A DNA stretch of 64,000 bases from an uncultured archaeon (GCA_964347045.1 CAYFXC010000003.1:115722-179721); one strand, 5' to 3'; shown: positions 40,149-51,004, counted from the first letter of the stretch. Translations and numbers: made by a program. The notes: generated by a model from the letters alone, not told the origin.

Positions 40149-40250
40149 TTCTCCCTTTAAACTATTTTTCTAAGGAGCAGGCTTATTAGCTCTGACGAAC
40201 TATTATCTAATCCGCTTGTTAAACCCACTTACTAAATGAGGTGACTATTC

Positions 40251-40916
40251 ATGTCTGATGAAGAGAGATTGGAACAAGAAGAGGAGAAAAAGAAAGAAGA
40301 AAAACGCAACGTAGCAAAGCAACTTACCACTTCTTTCCCGAAGTTTCTTCTAAATGGACTGATAGTCATCGGCTTAGGTTTGTTTTATATCTTTGTTGTT
40401 CCCCTCTTCGTCTTACTTGATTACTATCCCATACTAGTATTACCCACAATCTGGGATCCAACCGGAATCATCATCTTAACTGGTTATTCGCTTATTCGAA
40501 TTGGTGTTCTGCTAGTTATCCTATTATTTGGCATTGAAGCGTTAATGCAATTTGCACGATCCGCTGATGCCTTCTCAGATTATATAATCAGCCGTTTACC
40601 AGGCATGCGATCAACAGATCGCTACCATCCACGCCGTATTCCCCTTGATTTAATTTACATTTTCATGGTATTAGCAGTCTATGTTATTGTATCACCAATA
40701 TTTCTACCAGGAATGTTTCCGATTATTGTTCTCCAACCTTACTTCCAAATTCTTGCAGTTGCTATAGTCCTTTTCTTTGTCTTGGTCTTCATTTATGACC
40801 TTGCCAAATCCATTCAGAAATCAGCCAAACGTGGAATCGATAATTTTGGAAATAGGCTAGGTCGCCGTTATGAAGTTGATTCCGAAGAATTAGAAAAAAC
40901 CGACCAAGAATACTAG
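40251..40916 (+). CDS. Membrane protein (4 TM)
   Basis: GAGGTG RBS, four hydrophobic segments, charged termini. Confidence 0.8.
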   Translation: MSDEERLEQEEEKKKEEKRNVAKQLTTSFPKFLLNGLIVIGLGLFYIFVVPLFVLLDYYPILVLPTIWDPTGIIILTGYSLIRIGVLLVILLFGIEALMQFARSADAFSDYIISRLPGMRSTDRYHPRRIPLDLIYIFMVLAVYVIVSPIFLPGMFPIIVLQPYFQILAVAIVLFFVLVFIYDLAKSIQKSAKRGIDNFGNRLGRRYEVDSEELEKTDQEY

Positions 40917-40918
40917 CG

Positions 40919-41812
40919 TCAACTCGATGGGTTAACTGTTGCTTCCACCGTTGTAGAGGTACGTTTTCTACTCGTTTTCTTTGGAGCAACCTTGGCAATT
41001 TCAGCAAGAATTTCAGCAGTCCTTCTGAGCCCATGTAATCTCATGGCTTTACCAGGTGGTGGATCAAGACCCACAAGAATCTGAACGGTTGCATTGATAT
41101 TATTGACGCGTACAAAAGTCCAGAATTCGTTTAGAGCTTTGAGTTGTGGTTCTATATATTCTGTGAAATCTTCGTCTTTGAATTTCGGAAACTCAATACG
41201 CAGATACCAGGTATCCTGCATATCTTTTAGGATTCTTCCCGATAGGCCATGCATATCCATTAGAAAAGTGAGGAGCGGCTCCAGTGCTTCACGACGAACA
41301 ATATCACCATCAGGATCTAAACTGACTAAGTTTCTTTTCAGATCGACGATAAAAATCCCATTCCCGACTCCGAAGTACCATCGGTTTTCGATTGCATACC
41401 CATGAACGGTTTGTTTGGTTTTCGTTTCCAAGAATTCTTTAAATGCAGAAAAATTGGCTTCGGGGTTGTCTTTCTTAAACTGAATGAACCTTCGGAAGTA
41501 GGAGAGCGGATACCGTGGTTCGTGTGGGTGATCACGTTTTGCTCCCGATTTTAAATAAGCTTCTAGTGCACGGAGACTTACTTGGTAACAAAAAGATGGT
41601 AGATCATTCGGTCGGGCGCCCAGTGCAATTAGCATATTTAAGAAGACGCGATCAGAACACAGTGGTTTTATTGTGCATCGCATTCGGTCACGTTGGCATT
41701 GTTTACATGTGGTTGCCATCTTTGTAAGGACTTGTGTGAGCATAAAACGTCCCATAGTTGGATTTCCGAGTTCCTCCAACTGCTCAAATCGGTCTTGATA
41801 TTTCATGTACAC
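40919..41812 (-). CDS. Hypothetical protein with N-terminal Cys cluster
   Basis: CKQCQRDRMRCTIKPLC plus a downstream PSFCY. Confidence 0.75.
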   Translation of the reverse strand: MYMKYQDRFEQLEELGNPTMGRFMLTQVLTKMATTCKQCQRDRMRCTIKPLCSDRVFLNMLIALGARPNDLPSFCYQVSLRALEAYLKSGAKRDHPHEPRYPLSYFRRFIQFKKDNPEANFSAFKEFLETKTKQTVHGYAIENRWYFGVGNGIFIVDLKRNLVSLDPDGDIVRREALEPLLTFLMDMHGLSGRILKDMQDTWYLRIEFPKFKDEDFTEYIEPQLKALNEFWTFVRVNNINATVQILVGLDPPPGKAMRLHGLRRTAEILAEIAKVAPKKTSRKRTSTTVEATVNPSS

Positions 41813-42088
41813 AGTCCGTCACCAAATGCTACCCTGTAAAATCCAGCTCTTCAGCCTTTAATCGATGATAGATTCTATTAGACAGGCTCTACAAATGCCT
41901 AGAGGTTTCTAAACCTTTCGGTGTGTAAATGAGTGGTTATAGCCCAATTAACCATATATTCCTCTCTCCACCGTCGAATAAATTTAGAGACAAAAGGGAT
42001 TTCATCAAGATGAGCAAAGCATAAAAGACTTGAAGCTCTCCATCGAAGCGAATTTCACCAATACCTTTATCACCGGGTGTAGCGTCTC

Positions 42089-42658
42089 ATGACTGAAAGA
42101 ATCATTGACCTTCGGTTTCATGGTCGTGGGGGTCAAGGCGCTTGGACTGCCTCTATCCTCCTTGCCCGCGCCGCCATAAGCGAAGGTAAACACGCGCAAT
42201 CTTTTCCTTTCTTTGGGCCCGAACGTAGTGGTGCTCCAGTTGAAGCCTTTGCCCGAATAAGTAACAAAGAAATTGAATTGCATAGCAAAGTGTATGAACC
42301 AGATTATGTTGTGGTTATTGATCCCACGCTTCTCGTCCAAGTTCCTCATACAATCATCGCTGGTACAAATGGGAAAACTAAGCTTATTGTTAATACTCGA
42401 GAAGATGGTGCCACCATCGCTCAAAACCTTGGATTCAAAGGAGAAGTCTGGACACTCGCAGCAACAGACTTAGCTCGAGAAATCATTGGTCGTCCAATCG
42501 CAAATACTGCCATGCTAGGAGCCTTGATTCGAGCGACCAACCTCATTAAACTTGAGAGTTTATTTACAGAAGTAACAAATCAGTTTGGCGAACGCATCGG
42601 AGAACGAAATGTAACCGTTATTCAACGTGCATATGATGAGGTGGAACAAAATGCCTAA
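42089..42658 (+). CDS. porG: Pyruvate/2-oxoacid:ferredoxin oxidoreductase gamma subunit
   Basis: RFHGRGGQG, FGPERSGAPV and NTAMLGA motifs. Confidence 0.92.
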   Translation: MTERIIDLRFHGRGGQGAWTASILLARAAISEGKHAQSFPFFGPERSGAPVEAFARISNKEIELHSKVYEPDYVVVIDPTLLVQVPHTIIAGTNGKTKLIVNTREDGATIAQNLGFKGEVWTLAATDLAREIIGRPIANTAMLGALIRATNLIKLESLFTEVTNQFGERIGERNVTVIQRAYDEVEQNA

Positions 42659-42923
42659 GAAACTACCTGGTTCCAAAGACATTCCCCCTGCTGGAATTAC
42701 TTGGAAACCTGCTACTGAATACAAAACTGGTGATTGGCGGAGCAAACGCCCAATTCGCGATGAAGAAAAATGCACGCGCTGTCTAATTTGTTGGGTTTTT
42801 TGTCCTGATGCTGCCATCAGTTGGGATGGAAATGATATTCACTTCGACATGAATTACTGTAAAGGCTGTGGCATTTGTGCTGAAGAGTGCCCAGTAATAG
42901 CTATCGAAATGGAGGATGAGTGA
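42651..42923 (+). CDS. porD: 2-oxoacid:ferredoxin oxidoreductase delta subunit
   Basis: KTGDWR plus two 4Fe-4S motifs (CTRCLICWVFCP, CKGCGICAEECP). Confidence 0.92.
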   Translation: MPKKLPGSKDIPPAGITWKPATEYKTGDWRSKRPIRDEEKCTRCLICWVFCPDAAISWDGNDIHFDMNYCKGCGICAEECPVIAIEMEDE

Positions 42924-44155
42924 GTCAGATGTCAGTTAACCAAATCCTTATGGGTATTAATGGTGACGAAGCTGTCGCTTACGCCGCTAAACACGCGCTC
43001 GTTGATGTTTGTGCTGCTTATCCAATTACCCCACAAACCATTATTGTTGAAAAGTTCGCTGAGTTTGTAGCTAATGGTGAAGTCGATACAGAATTCGTCC
43101 GTGTAGAATCTGAACATAGTGCGCTCAGTGCATGTCTAGGCGCTTCTGCAGCAGGAGCGCGCACCTTCACAGCTAGTGCTGCAAATGGTGTTGAACTCAT
43201 GCATGAAGTCATCTTCCTTACATCATCCATACGTCAACCCGTTGTAATGGCCGTCGCTGATCGCTCACCTAGCGGACCCATCAATATTCATGGTGACCAA
43301 ACTGTTTCCCTCGCTCAACGTGACACCGGCTGGATTATGATCTACTGTGAAAATTCCCAGGAAGCGTACGATTCAACTTTACAGGCTTTCCGCATCGGTG
43401 AACACCCCGATGTTCAACTTCCTGTCATGATCATGCTCGATGGCTTTGTCTTAACACATACCCTTGAAAACGTCTATCTATTAGACGAAGCTGATGCCCA
43501 CAAATTTGTTGGACGCCGTCAACCCATGATGATAACTATCGATGGTAAACAAGTTCCTCTCAAGCTTGATCCTAAAATCCCAATAACTATTGGACCTCTC
43601 CAGCTTTTTGACTATTATATGGAATCTAAGCTTCAACACAGTGAAGCCATGGAAAAAGCTCGACCGGTTATCTCCCAAATCAACAACGAATGGGCTCAAC
43701 TCACTGGGCGCAAATACGGTGACGGTTACCTCCAATCTTTTAAGATCAATGACGCTGATGCTGTCATTCTCACCAGCGGAAGCTCGGCTGGCACTGCGCG
43801 TTTCGTCGCTCGCCAACTCCGTGCACAAGGCAAGAAAGTCGGAGTCCTCAAGCTCCGTACCTTCCGTCCATTTCCAGATAAGAAAATCGCTAAGATTCTC
43901 GCTGATGTTCCTGTCGTCGGTATCTTCGAACGGACTCATACCACTGGCAGCCTTGGTGGTCCAATCTTCAATGAAGTCCGTAGTGCCCTTTACGACCTCG
44001 ACACACGTCCTGCTATCATGGGCTACTACGGTGGACTCGGAGGACGGGATGTTACTCCCGGCCATTTTAAAGCCATCTACAAAGAACTACTTAAAATCCA
44101 GGACACGGGCAAAACCCCACGAAATCCCATCAAATACATCACCGTGAGAAAATAA
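42920..44155 (+). CDS. porA: 2-oxoacid:ferredoxin oxidoreductase alpha subunit
   Basis: AYPITPQT, VESEHSA, LRTFRPFP and GLGGRD motifs. Confidence 0.93.
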   Translation: MSQMSVNQILMGINGDEAVAYAAKHALVDVCAAYPITPQTIIVEKFAEFVANGEVDTEFVRVESEHSALSACLGASAAGARTFTASAANGVELMHEVIFLTSSIRQPVVMAVADRSPSGPINIHGDQTVSLAQRDTGWIMIYCENSQEAYDSTLQAFRIGEHPDVQLPVMIMLDGFVLTHTLENVYLLDEADAHKFVGRRQPMMITIDGKQVPLKLDPKIPITIGPLQLFDYYMESKLQHSEAMEKARPVISQINNEWAQLTGRKYGDGYLQSFKINDADAVILTSGSSAGTARFVARQLRAQGKKVGVLKLRTFRPFPDKKIAKILADVPVVGIFERTHTTGSLGGPIFNEVRSALYDLDTRPAIMGYYGGLGGRDVTPGHFKAIYKELLKIQDTGKTPRNPIKYITVRK

Positions 44156-44171
44156 TCCGGAGGAAAAAATA

Positions 44172-45152
44172 ATGACGCAAGAACCCTCGCAGTGGCGACC
44201 TAAACTCAAGGACGTCGCCGATCAAAAAGAACTCTTCACCAGTGGTCACCGTCTCTGCGCAGGCTGCCCCGCTGGCTCCATGGCTCGCATGGCTATGCAT
44301 GCCCTCCCCAGGCCAAATAATACCATCGTCAGCCAAGCCACCGGCTGCCTAGAAGTCGCCTCGACCATTTACCCCTACACCGCCTGGCGGGTCCCCTGGA
44401 TGCACTCTCTCTTCGAAAATGCCCCGGCTAACGCTAGCGGTATCGAAGCCGCCTACAAAGCTCGAAAACGCCAAGGTCTCGAAGACGATATTCCCGATTT
44501 ACTTGTGTTGAGTGGTGATGGCAGCGGATTTGATATTGGAGTTCAGGCCGCTAGTGGCGCCATCGAACGACGACACAACTTTCTTTACATTATCTATGAC
44601 AACCAAGCTTACCAAAATACTGGGATCCAACGCTCAGGTGCGACACCAAAGTATGCTTGGACAACCACTAGCCAGGTTGGGAAGGTAGTTCCTGGAAAGC
44701 CGGTTTGGAAAAAGCCCATCGCATTGGTGTATGCAGCACATGATCCCGAATATTGTGCTACAGCGTCTGTGTATCATTGGCGTGATTTCATGATGAAGGT
44801 TCGCAAAGGGATGGAAAAGGAGGGTCCTGCCATAATTCATGTATTAGCCCCTTGTCATCGAAACTGGCGGTATTCCGAAGAATTAGGAATGAAAATGGCG
44901 AAACTAGCTGTTGAAACATGTTTCCATCCTTTGTGGGAATATGAAGGAGAAACCCGTACATATTCGATGTCTTCTCCAAGTATGCGATACGTGAACGATC
45001 CATCAAAAAAGAAACCGATTGAAGAGTGGTTGGAACCTCAGGGTCGGTTCCGGCACTTGTTCCATCCAAAGCGACGTGATGATCTCATCAAGGACTTCCA
45101 AAGTCTTGTAGATGAGGATTGGGACTTCACTATACGACTAACACAGATGTAG
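44172..45152 (+). CDS. porB: 2-oxoacid:ferredoxin oxidoreductase beta subunit
   Basis: GHRLCAGC, TGCLEV and the GDG...YDNQAYQNTGIQRS TPP motif. Confidence 0.93.
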   Translation: MTQEPSQWRPKLKDVADQKELFTSGHRLCAGCPAGSMARMAMHALPRPNNTIVSQATGCLEVASTIYPYTAWRVPWMHSLFENAPANASGIEAAYKARKRQGLEDDIPDLLVLSGDGSGFDIGVQAASGAIERRHNFLYIIYDNQAYQNTGIQRSGATPKYAWTTTSQVGKVVPGKPVWKKPIALVYAAHDPEYCATASVYHWRDFMMKVRKGMEKEGPAIIHVLAPCHRNWRYSEELGMKMAKLAVETCFHPLWEYEGETRTYSMSSPSMRYVNDPSKKKPIEEWLEPQGRFRHLFHPKRRDDLIKDFQSLVDEDWDFTIRLTQM

Positions 45153-45530
45153 CTCTGACAGCTAACATATGGGAAACCTTCCCGATCCTACTTCACGCTC
45201 CATAAAGAACTCAGTAATCCGTGTCAAATCTTATTACTTGCTTTAGTTTTGGAACCATTTAATCGAGACCCCTTTGTCCGATGAAATGCAGCCATGCATC
45301 AACAGTGATAATTATGGGTAGGCTTTGGTAGTAATACGCTCTTTCACCAACGAAATTACTTCACCAACCTTGGCTGCTCCTCTTTCTCTTGAATGCTAAT
45401 ACCTTATCCTATCAGCAAATGGGCTTCTTAAATTAATTGAACCCAACTAGCTTCGAATTCTTGGCGATTCATGCGACTTATATGGTTTACAACTTTAGGC
45501 TAGGACAAAATTCTAAGGTTAGAATGAGAA

Positions 45531-46088
45531 ATGAAGGCGCTGATTGTCTATGGGACTCGGTACGGGGCAACCGCAAGTACTTCAGAAGAGCTAGCGAAGA
45601 CTCTTCGCAAAGAAGGGTTTGATGTTCAGGTTGTGGATGCGAAGAAAGAGAATGTCAAAGACATCTCTGTCTATGAGTTGATAATTGTTGGCAGCGGTAT
45701 GCGAATAGGTAAATGGACGAAAGCACCGGAACAGTTTCTGGCGAAGTTCAAACAACAGCTGGCAAAGAAAAAAGTAGCAATTTTTATCTCTTCTGCGGTT
45801 CAAGCACTATATGAACATGAGGGGAATACTGAGGAGATGGAGAAAGCATGGAGAAGAAATCTTGAAGAAAAGGCTTCGAAGTATTCCTTGAAACCTATTG
45901 CTTTAGCAATTTTTGGTGGCGTTTTTCCCTATGATAATCTGGGATGGATGATGAAAAAAACTGTGGGTCAAATGTGGAGGCAATTTGAAGAGGCAGGCTT
46001 TGAAAAGAAGGACGGTGCGTATGATACTCGTAACTGGGACGACATTCAAAGCTGGGCAAAAGAACTAGCTCAAAAAGTGCGCTCCTGA
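45531..46088 (+). CDS. Flavodoxin-domain protein (HemG-like)
   Basis: LIVYGTRYGAT, FGG and DTRNWDDIQSWA motifs. Confidence 0.85.
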   Translation: MKALIVYGTRYGATASTSEELAKTLRKEGFDVQVVDAKKENVKDISVYELIIVGSGMRIGKWTKAPEQFLAKFKQQLAKKKVAIFISSAVQALYEHEGNTEEMEKAWRRNLEEKASKYSLKPIALAIFGGVFPYDNLGWMMKKTVGQMWRQFEEAGFEKKDGAYDTRNWDDIQSWAKELAQKVRS

Positions 46089-46123
46089 TAGTTCAGAAAG
46101 TGAAAAACAGATAATCGGATAAA

Positions 46124-47005
46124 TTGACATTGCTCATTCGCTCCTTTCAGCAATCAGATAAAGCCGCAATCGTTGAAATCTCCAAGCGGACGTGGGGAGG
46201 TTATGATCAACTCCGATTTGAATTGGACGAGCTAATTGCAAATCCCCATTCGTATCTTTACGTAATAGAGTTTAAAGATCGAGTTATAGCGTTTGCCAAT
46301 CTGAACGTAATCGATGGTGGTAAGACTGGTTGGTTGGAGCACATGCGAGTCCATTATCGCTATCGGAAACGGGGTTTTGCCTGGAAAATGACCCACTGGC
46401 TTTTCTCGGAAGCGGAAGCCTTGGGCGTTCAGAGGTTACGGCTTGCAACCACAATAGAAAATAAGGCAACGCAACGGATAGCCACACGTATTGGAATGCA
46501 TCAAGTTCTGCAGATGAAAATATTCTGGAAAGGTAACTTCCGTGGAATCCGCTGGAAAGACACCTCAGTTCCTATCACTGCATGCTCACATGATGAGGCT
46601 TACATGCTTTTAGCCGCTCAATCTGACTTTGTTCCGGAAGGCATTATTACATATTATTGGCAAGCCTTTGATTTAGCAAAAGAGTTAGTCAAATCAATGA
46701 GTGAGCGATTTCGTTTCTGGAAAGGGGAAATTAACAACACGGCGAAGTCATTATCTTTCGGTTATGTTCGACCTTTTCACGATGCTAATCTATGGTGTTC
46801 AACTATCTATGCACTGGATAAATTATCTTTTTACTCTGCCCTTTCACACCAATTGCAGATTGCTAAAGAGGAGAAAGCCCAGGGTGTGCTATGTTTTCAT
46901 TCGGTCCCCTTTCAAGCCGCACACGAAATTCCAGGCTTAAAACACAACACGTTTTCGAGTTCCCTTTTGTTATTTGAAAAGCATCGCCCCTTTATCGAAT
47001 CTTGA
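46124..47005 (+). CDS. GNAT family N-acetyltransferase
   Basis: WLEHMRVHYRYRKRGFA (motif A) and ENKATQRIATRIGM. Confidence 0.85.
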   Translation: MTLLIRSFQQSDKAAIVEISKRTWGGYDQLRFELDELIANPHSYLYVIEFKDRVIAFANLNVIDGGKTGWLEHMRVHYRYRKRGFAWKMTHWLFSEAEALGVQRLRLATTIENKATQRIATRIGMHQVLQMKIFWKGNFRGIRWKDTSVPITACSHDEAYMLLAAQSDFVPEGIITYYWQAFDLAKELVKSMSERFRFWKGEINNTAKSLSFGYVRPFHDANLWCSTIYALDKLSFYSALSHQLQIAKEEKAQGVLCFHSVPFQAAHEIPGLKHNTFSSSLLLFEKHRPFIES

Positions 47006-47087
47006 CGAAAAGTGTCACAATCCAATAGCTAAAGTGGATGAAATCTTTAATTAAATACAGAACCAGCTAATTGGAGATGAAAAGTGA

Positions 47088-47564
47088 ATGGGTGATGAAC
47101 AAACAGCCTCAACATTATTATTAGCTGCTGGAATTATCCAAATTATCTTGGGGGTGATATTCACCATTATTGGAGTAGGCCTGACAGCGATTTTAATCCC
47201 CTCTATGTTCTATTTCACCTATCCGATTTATTTTGGGTGGTGGCTGCTTTTCCCCCTACTCCTCTTTGGGTCATGGGGGGTTATTGGACTGATTGTAGGT
47301 ATACTATGGTTAGGTTGGCGAAATAATCCAAGTGAACATAAAACAGGTTTAATTGTTTCAGGAATCCTTGGAATGCTTTTTCTAGGCACAGTTCCTGGAA
47401 TTTTGGTATTAATTGCCGGGGCTACCACACCATCTCCATCTGAGTACCGTCCCTATGAACCAGTGAGAAAACCTACAGTGCGAGTAGTGGTGAGCTGTTC
47501 CACGTGTGGTGCTGAGCTTACTAGCGAAGATCGTTTCTGTTGGAGATGTGGCAGTAAAAAATAA
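47088..47564 (+). CDS. Membrane protein with C-terminal zinc ribbon
   Basis: 3 TM segments, then CSTCG..FCWRCG. Confidence 0.8.
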   Translation: MGDEQTASTLLLAAGIIQIILGVIFTIIGVGLTAILIPSMFYFTYPIYFGWWLLFPLLLFGSWGVIGLIVGILWLGWRNNPSEHKTGLIVSGILGMLFLGTVPGILVLIAGATTPSPSEYRPYEPVRKPTVRVVVSCSTCGAELTSEDRFCWRCGSKK

Positions 47565-47716
47565 TTGACCGAAGACTTCAATTCCAAGATCAAAAAATAC
47601 TCATCTTGTGGATTTTGGCTTCCTTCCTACCTACAATAGATTTACATTCAACATCAAGAATCTAGACTAGTATAAAAAACAGTATGAGTTGTATCTACCC
47701 CCCGCAGGTGAACTGA

Positions 47717-48244
47717 GTGATTGGACTCCGAATATTTGGTTTCACAGATACTCCCCGAAATCTTTTAGTGGGACTCAAGAAGGCCCTAGATACTCAGTTT
47801 TCATTACACTTTAAACCAGTAAGCGTATATCCCGATTTATTGTCAATCCCCGAAACCGCTTATGATTCTCGACGACGCCAATATAATGCAGCCCCATTTC
47901 TAAAGGTCATTGATGCCCATGTTCCATCAATTGAACATGGGCTAGCATTAATCAATTTAGACCTCTTTGTACGAGATCTTAACTTCGTATTCGGTATTGC
48001 TCAACCTGGCGGAAATGGTCTTATAGCACTACCAAGACTCCGACCTAGCTTCTATCAGCAACCCTCGAATGATTCACTTTATTTTCAACGCATCCTCATT
48101 GAGGCGCTCCATGAGCTAGGTCACATACTCGGACTCGGTCACTGTGACCATTATTGTGTTATGCGATTCTCAAATACCTTAGCGGACACGGATCAAAAAC
48201 CAGCCCAATACTGTGAAACCTGTTCACACAAATTGCAATTATGA
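47717..48244 (+). CDS. amzA: Archaemetzincin family Zn metalloprotease
   Basis: HELGHILGLGHC...CVMRFSN...D.K..YC..C and LNFVFG motifs. Confidence 0.9.
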   Translation: MIGLRIFGFTDTPRNLLVGLKKALDTQFSLHFKPVSVYPDLLSIPETAYDSRRRQYNAAPFLKVIDAHVPSIEHGLALINLDLFVRDLNFVFGIAQPGGNGLIALPRLRPSFYQQPSNDSLYFQRILIEALHELGHILGLGHCDHYCVMRFSNTLADTDQKPAQYCETCSHKLQL

Positions 48245-48338
48245 AAAGCACCACTTTTTCCTGCAAGCAGTTCATCTCATACCTCAAGAGATGGCTTCTT
48301 ATTTCATTATTGGCAAGGGAGAGTCAGCTGGTGTGAAA

Positions 48339-48939
48339 ATGTTTCTAGTTACAGATTTGAAAAAAACTTGGCATCTAATTGCATATCCCAAACAAACCTT
48401 TGATAATGAAAAGATCATTAGTGGATATTGGCCATTACTACGATGGTTTTTACTATTCAATGTTATTCCCGCTATTTTTAACTCCCCTTGTATGCTGGTT
48501 TGAATTTCCTGCAAATATCATTCATTCTGGAACTAACGAGAAAATGGGGACCTATATCTATGCTCCCCTCCTCGAAACGACAATCGGCTTTACTCGGTAC
48601 TTCTGGGTGGGCGTTCTCACCTACCTGCTAAATGTTCTCAAGTTTCCCCTTATCGGACTAATTTATCATATAATTGCAAAGCTTCTTCGTGGCTCAGGAT
48701 TTCTACTTGACTCATTTAAAGTGGGAATCTAGGCAGTGGCTCCAACTCTAGTTGTTGGTTGGATCCCCTATTTTGGATTAATCTCTGGGTTATGGGCAGG
48801 ATACATGTATGTTGTTGCTTTGCAAAGCCTACATGAGGTTCCGTTAGGACTAGGAATAGCTGTAATCAACTTCTTCATCGGAATACAAGTTGTCTGGGCT
48901 TTCACATTTGGCTGGTTTGGAAGCACAACCTCCTGGTAG
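48339..48939 (+). pseudogene. Disrupted Yip1-domain membrane protein
   Basis: LIAYPKQTF N-terminus lies in one frame; after the T-run near 48475-48479 it continues in another frame; an in-frame TAG at 48730-48732 interrupts FKVGI*AVAPT..WIPYFG. Confidence 0.7.
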
Positions 48940-48991
48940 AAGCCCTTCAAAAAGTACATCATCACAAATATCTTTGTTCCATTCTTGGGCT

Positions 48992-49507
48992 TTAGGCTAA
49001 ACGCAACTCGACATAATAATGACTCAGGAACCCTGAGAAAATACTTGGCGAGAGATTCGGTGTGGAACAAATGTAATGGTTATCATAGGTATTCCAAACT
49101 GTATCATTTTCTACAAAATGTAACACAACCAAATGACCTTCAATAGTCATTATCATTTGCTCCTCAGTAACTTGAAATCCCATAACACTATAGCTCCACT
49201 TGAGCAAAACATCATTATTCATATAATCTGGTTCAGGTGTGACAACCAGTAACCCAAAACCAGCTTTCACATTTAGGGTGACATTCCATTGCATAGCCGC
49301 TTCAAAGCCGCCATGGTGAACGCCCGAATCGTTGAAATAAAGACTTCCTGTTAAGATCAGACTGGGCTGATTAACGTAGTTGATGATTCCTACTGAAATG
49401 AGGCTTGTGGTAAAAATCACAATCAAGACCGAAATAACAATTAATCTTTTTTTTCCAATACCAAAAACCTCCTTTACAGATGGGACATATTCCTCAATAG
49501 AAATCAC
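48992..49507 (-). CDS. Membrane-anchored hypothetical protein
   Basis: Single N-terminal TM after KKR, then a beta-rich domain. Confidence 0.7.
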   Translation of the reverse strand: MISIEEYVPSVKEVFGIGKKRLIVISVLIVIFTTSLISVGIINYVNQPSLILTGSLYFNDSGVHHGGFEAAMQWNVTLNVKAGFGLLVVTPEPDYMNNDVLLKWSYSVMGFQVTEEQMIMTIEGHLVVLHFVENDTVWNTYDNHYICSTPNLSPSIFSGFLSHYYVELRLA

Positions 49508-49676
49508 AACCTAATATCCTAAGGATTAGAACACCCTTGGGTTCACTGTTCAAAAAAATTGAACAACGTCAAGAATGTGTAACAGAATTAATTTGCTTGC
49601 TCTGGACCTGTAAGACTGCTATATGGTGTGTTTATATAACAAGACTATACTAAAGAGGGGTCTACGAGGGACCAAA

Positions 49677-50909
49677 ATGGCAGAAATGAAACGTTCTGGC
49701 AGATACTTGTTCTTCCTCATTCTGATCATGGGTCTTGTGGGTCAGATGGATGTCTGGCTCTCGCTCATTGAAAGTTATGCTGCACCATATATTCTCGCAG
49801 AAGCTGGAATAGCCGCCACACCTTGGATCTTTGGCTTTTGGCAAGGCGTCTTTGGTGTCATCGTGTTTCTAGTATTTTTCATTGGGTGGTTCTCCGATTC
49901 TTTTGGACGAAAAATTGGAATCCTGGCACTAATTTTGGTAATGGGCATTCCTGCTGGACTAATACTCTTTATACCCGATATCTCAAATCTCTCTAATTTC
50001 TTCATTTTCATCCTTCTTTACTCCATAACCATTATGGGCACAACCTCGAATCTCTGGGAAGTGCCAATCGCAGAGGATTCCCCTGCAAAAAGACGGGGAC
50101 TCTACGCCAGTATTGCATTTCTCATTAGTGTCATCCCCCTCTACGCCCTTATCGGATCAGATATAATCGATGCCTTGGGCTGGCGATGGGGCTATGGTAT
50201 AATGGCCATCTTCATGATTGTTCTTCTTGTCTTCTGGATTTTCATGCAAGAAACCTTCCGATGGAAAGATGTGAAAGAAGGGCGCGGTGAAAAACGACTC
50301 GGTGTCATGGAAGCAATCAGATCACTTAGCCGCAGAGACCTTGCCTATGTAGCTATTGCTTCCTTAGTGTATCTAATGTGGACAATTTCCTTTAAGCTTG
50401 GAACAACTTGGTCTGGAGTCTTCTTTACAAGCTTTATCACCGCCGCAGAGTGGAGCACAATTCTTACTATCGGCGGCTTGATGTTGCCCATTAGCGCTAT
50501 CATCTCCGGCGTTCTTCTCGAGAGAGTAGGACGAAACTTCACTCTCATCCTCGGAACTCTTGGTTCCGTCATCAGCTTCATTGGTCTTGGGTTGACTTTT
50601 CTACCAGCATTCTTCTGGGGTGTCTACTTCTTCATGGCTATGGTCCTAGCCTGGATTTACGTCTATGTAACAGAAATTTTCCCAACGAAAGTGCGTTCCT
50701 CAAGTGTGGGTATTGCAGTCACTGCGTCTCGACTTGGATACATTTTAGCTCCACTAATCGCTGCACTTCTACTGCTTACCTTGCCAGGAAATTGGCTGCT
50801 TTTCTGGATAATTGCTGGTCTATTCATGGTCTTCCCGTTGCTGTCTTTCCTGACCAAGCCCTATGAAACGAAGGGAAAGGAACTCGAAACTATTGACGAA
50901 GAAAAATAA
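49677..50909 (+). CDS. MFS transporter
   Basis: GWFSDSFGRK, EDSPAKRRG, EIFPTKVRSS and PYETKGKELE motifs. Confidence 0.9.
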   Translation: MAEMKRSGRYLFFLILIMGLVGQMDVWLSLIESYAAPYILAEAGIAATPWIFGFWQGVFGVIVFLVFFIGWFSDSFGRKIGILALILVMGIPAGLILFIPDISNLSNFFIFILLYSITIMGTTSNLWEVPIAEDSPAKRRGLYASIAFLISVIPLYALIGSDIIDALGWRWGYGIMAIFMIVLLVFWIFMQETFRWKDVKEGRGEKRLGVMEAIRSLSRRDLAYVAIASLVYLMWTISFKLGTTWSGVFFTSFITAAEWSTILTIGGLMLPISAIISGVLLERVGRNFTLILGTLGSVISFIGLGLTFLPAFFWGVYFFMAMVLAWIYVYVTEIFPTKVRSSSVGIAVTASRLGYILAPLIAALLLLTLPGNWLLFWIIAGLFMVFPLLSFLTKPYETKGKELETIDEEK

Positions 50910-50927
50910 TTTACTTAAACTGAAACT

Positions 50928-50975
50928 GAGCCGGTCGGACAAATCGTTCACTGGCTCCTTTCTTTTCTTTCTCCT
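50928..50975 (+). terminator. Hairpin plus pyrimidine tract after the MFS gene
   Basis: GAGCCGGT...ACTGGCTC followed by CTTTCTTTTCTTTCTCC. Confidence 0.5.
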
Positions 50976-51004
50976 TCTCAATTGAGCCCAACTTATTTAG
51001 GATC

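Noticed and set aside
43481-44147. Long alternative ORFs (194 aa minus, 185 aa plus) within porA
   Set aside because: Shadow ORFs of a conserved gene with biased codon usage. The same applies to other short overlapping ORFs in the track.
45153-45530. Possible gene remnant or ncRNA after porB
   Set aside because: Only short interrupted frames and one short direct repeat; no recognisable homology or stable structure.
48730-48732. Pyrrolysine read-through of TAG
   Set aside because: TAG is a frequent normal stop in this window, no pyl genes are present here, and the same gene also has a frameshift.
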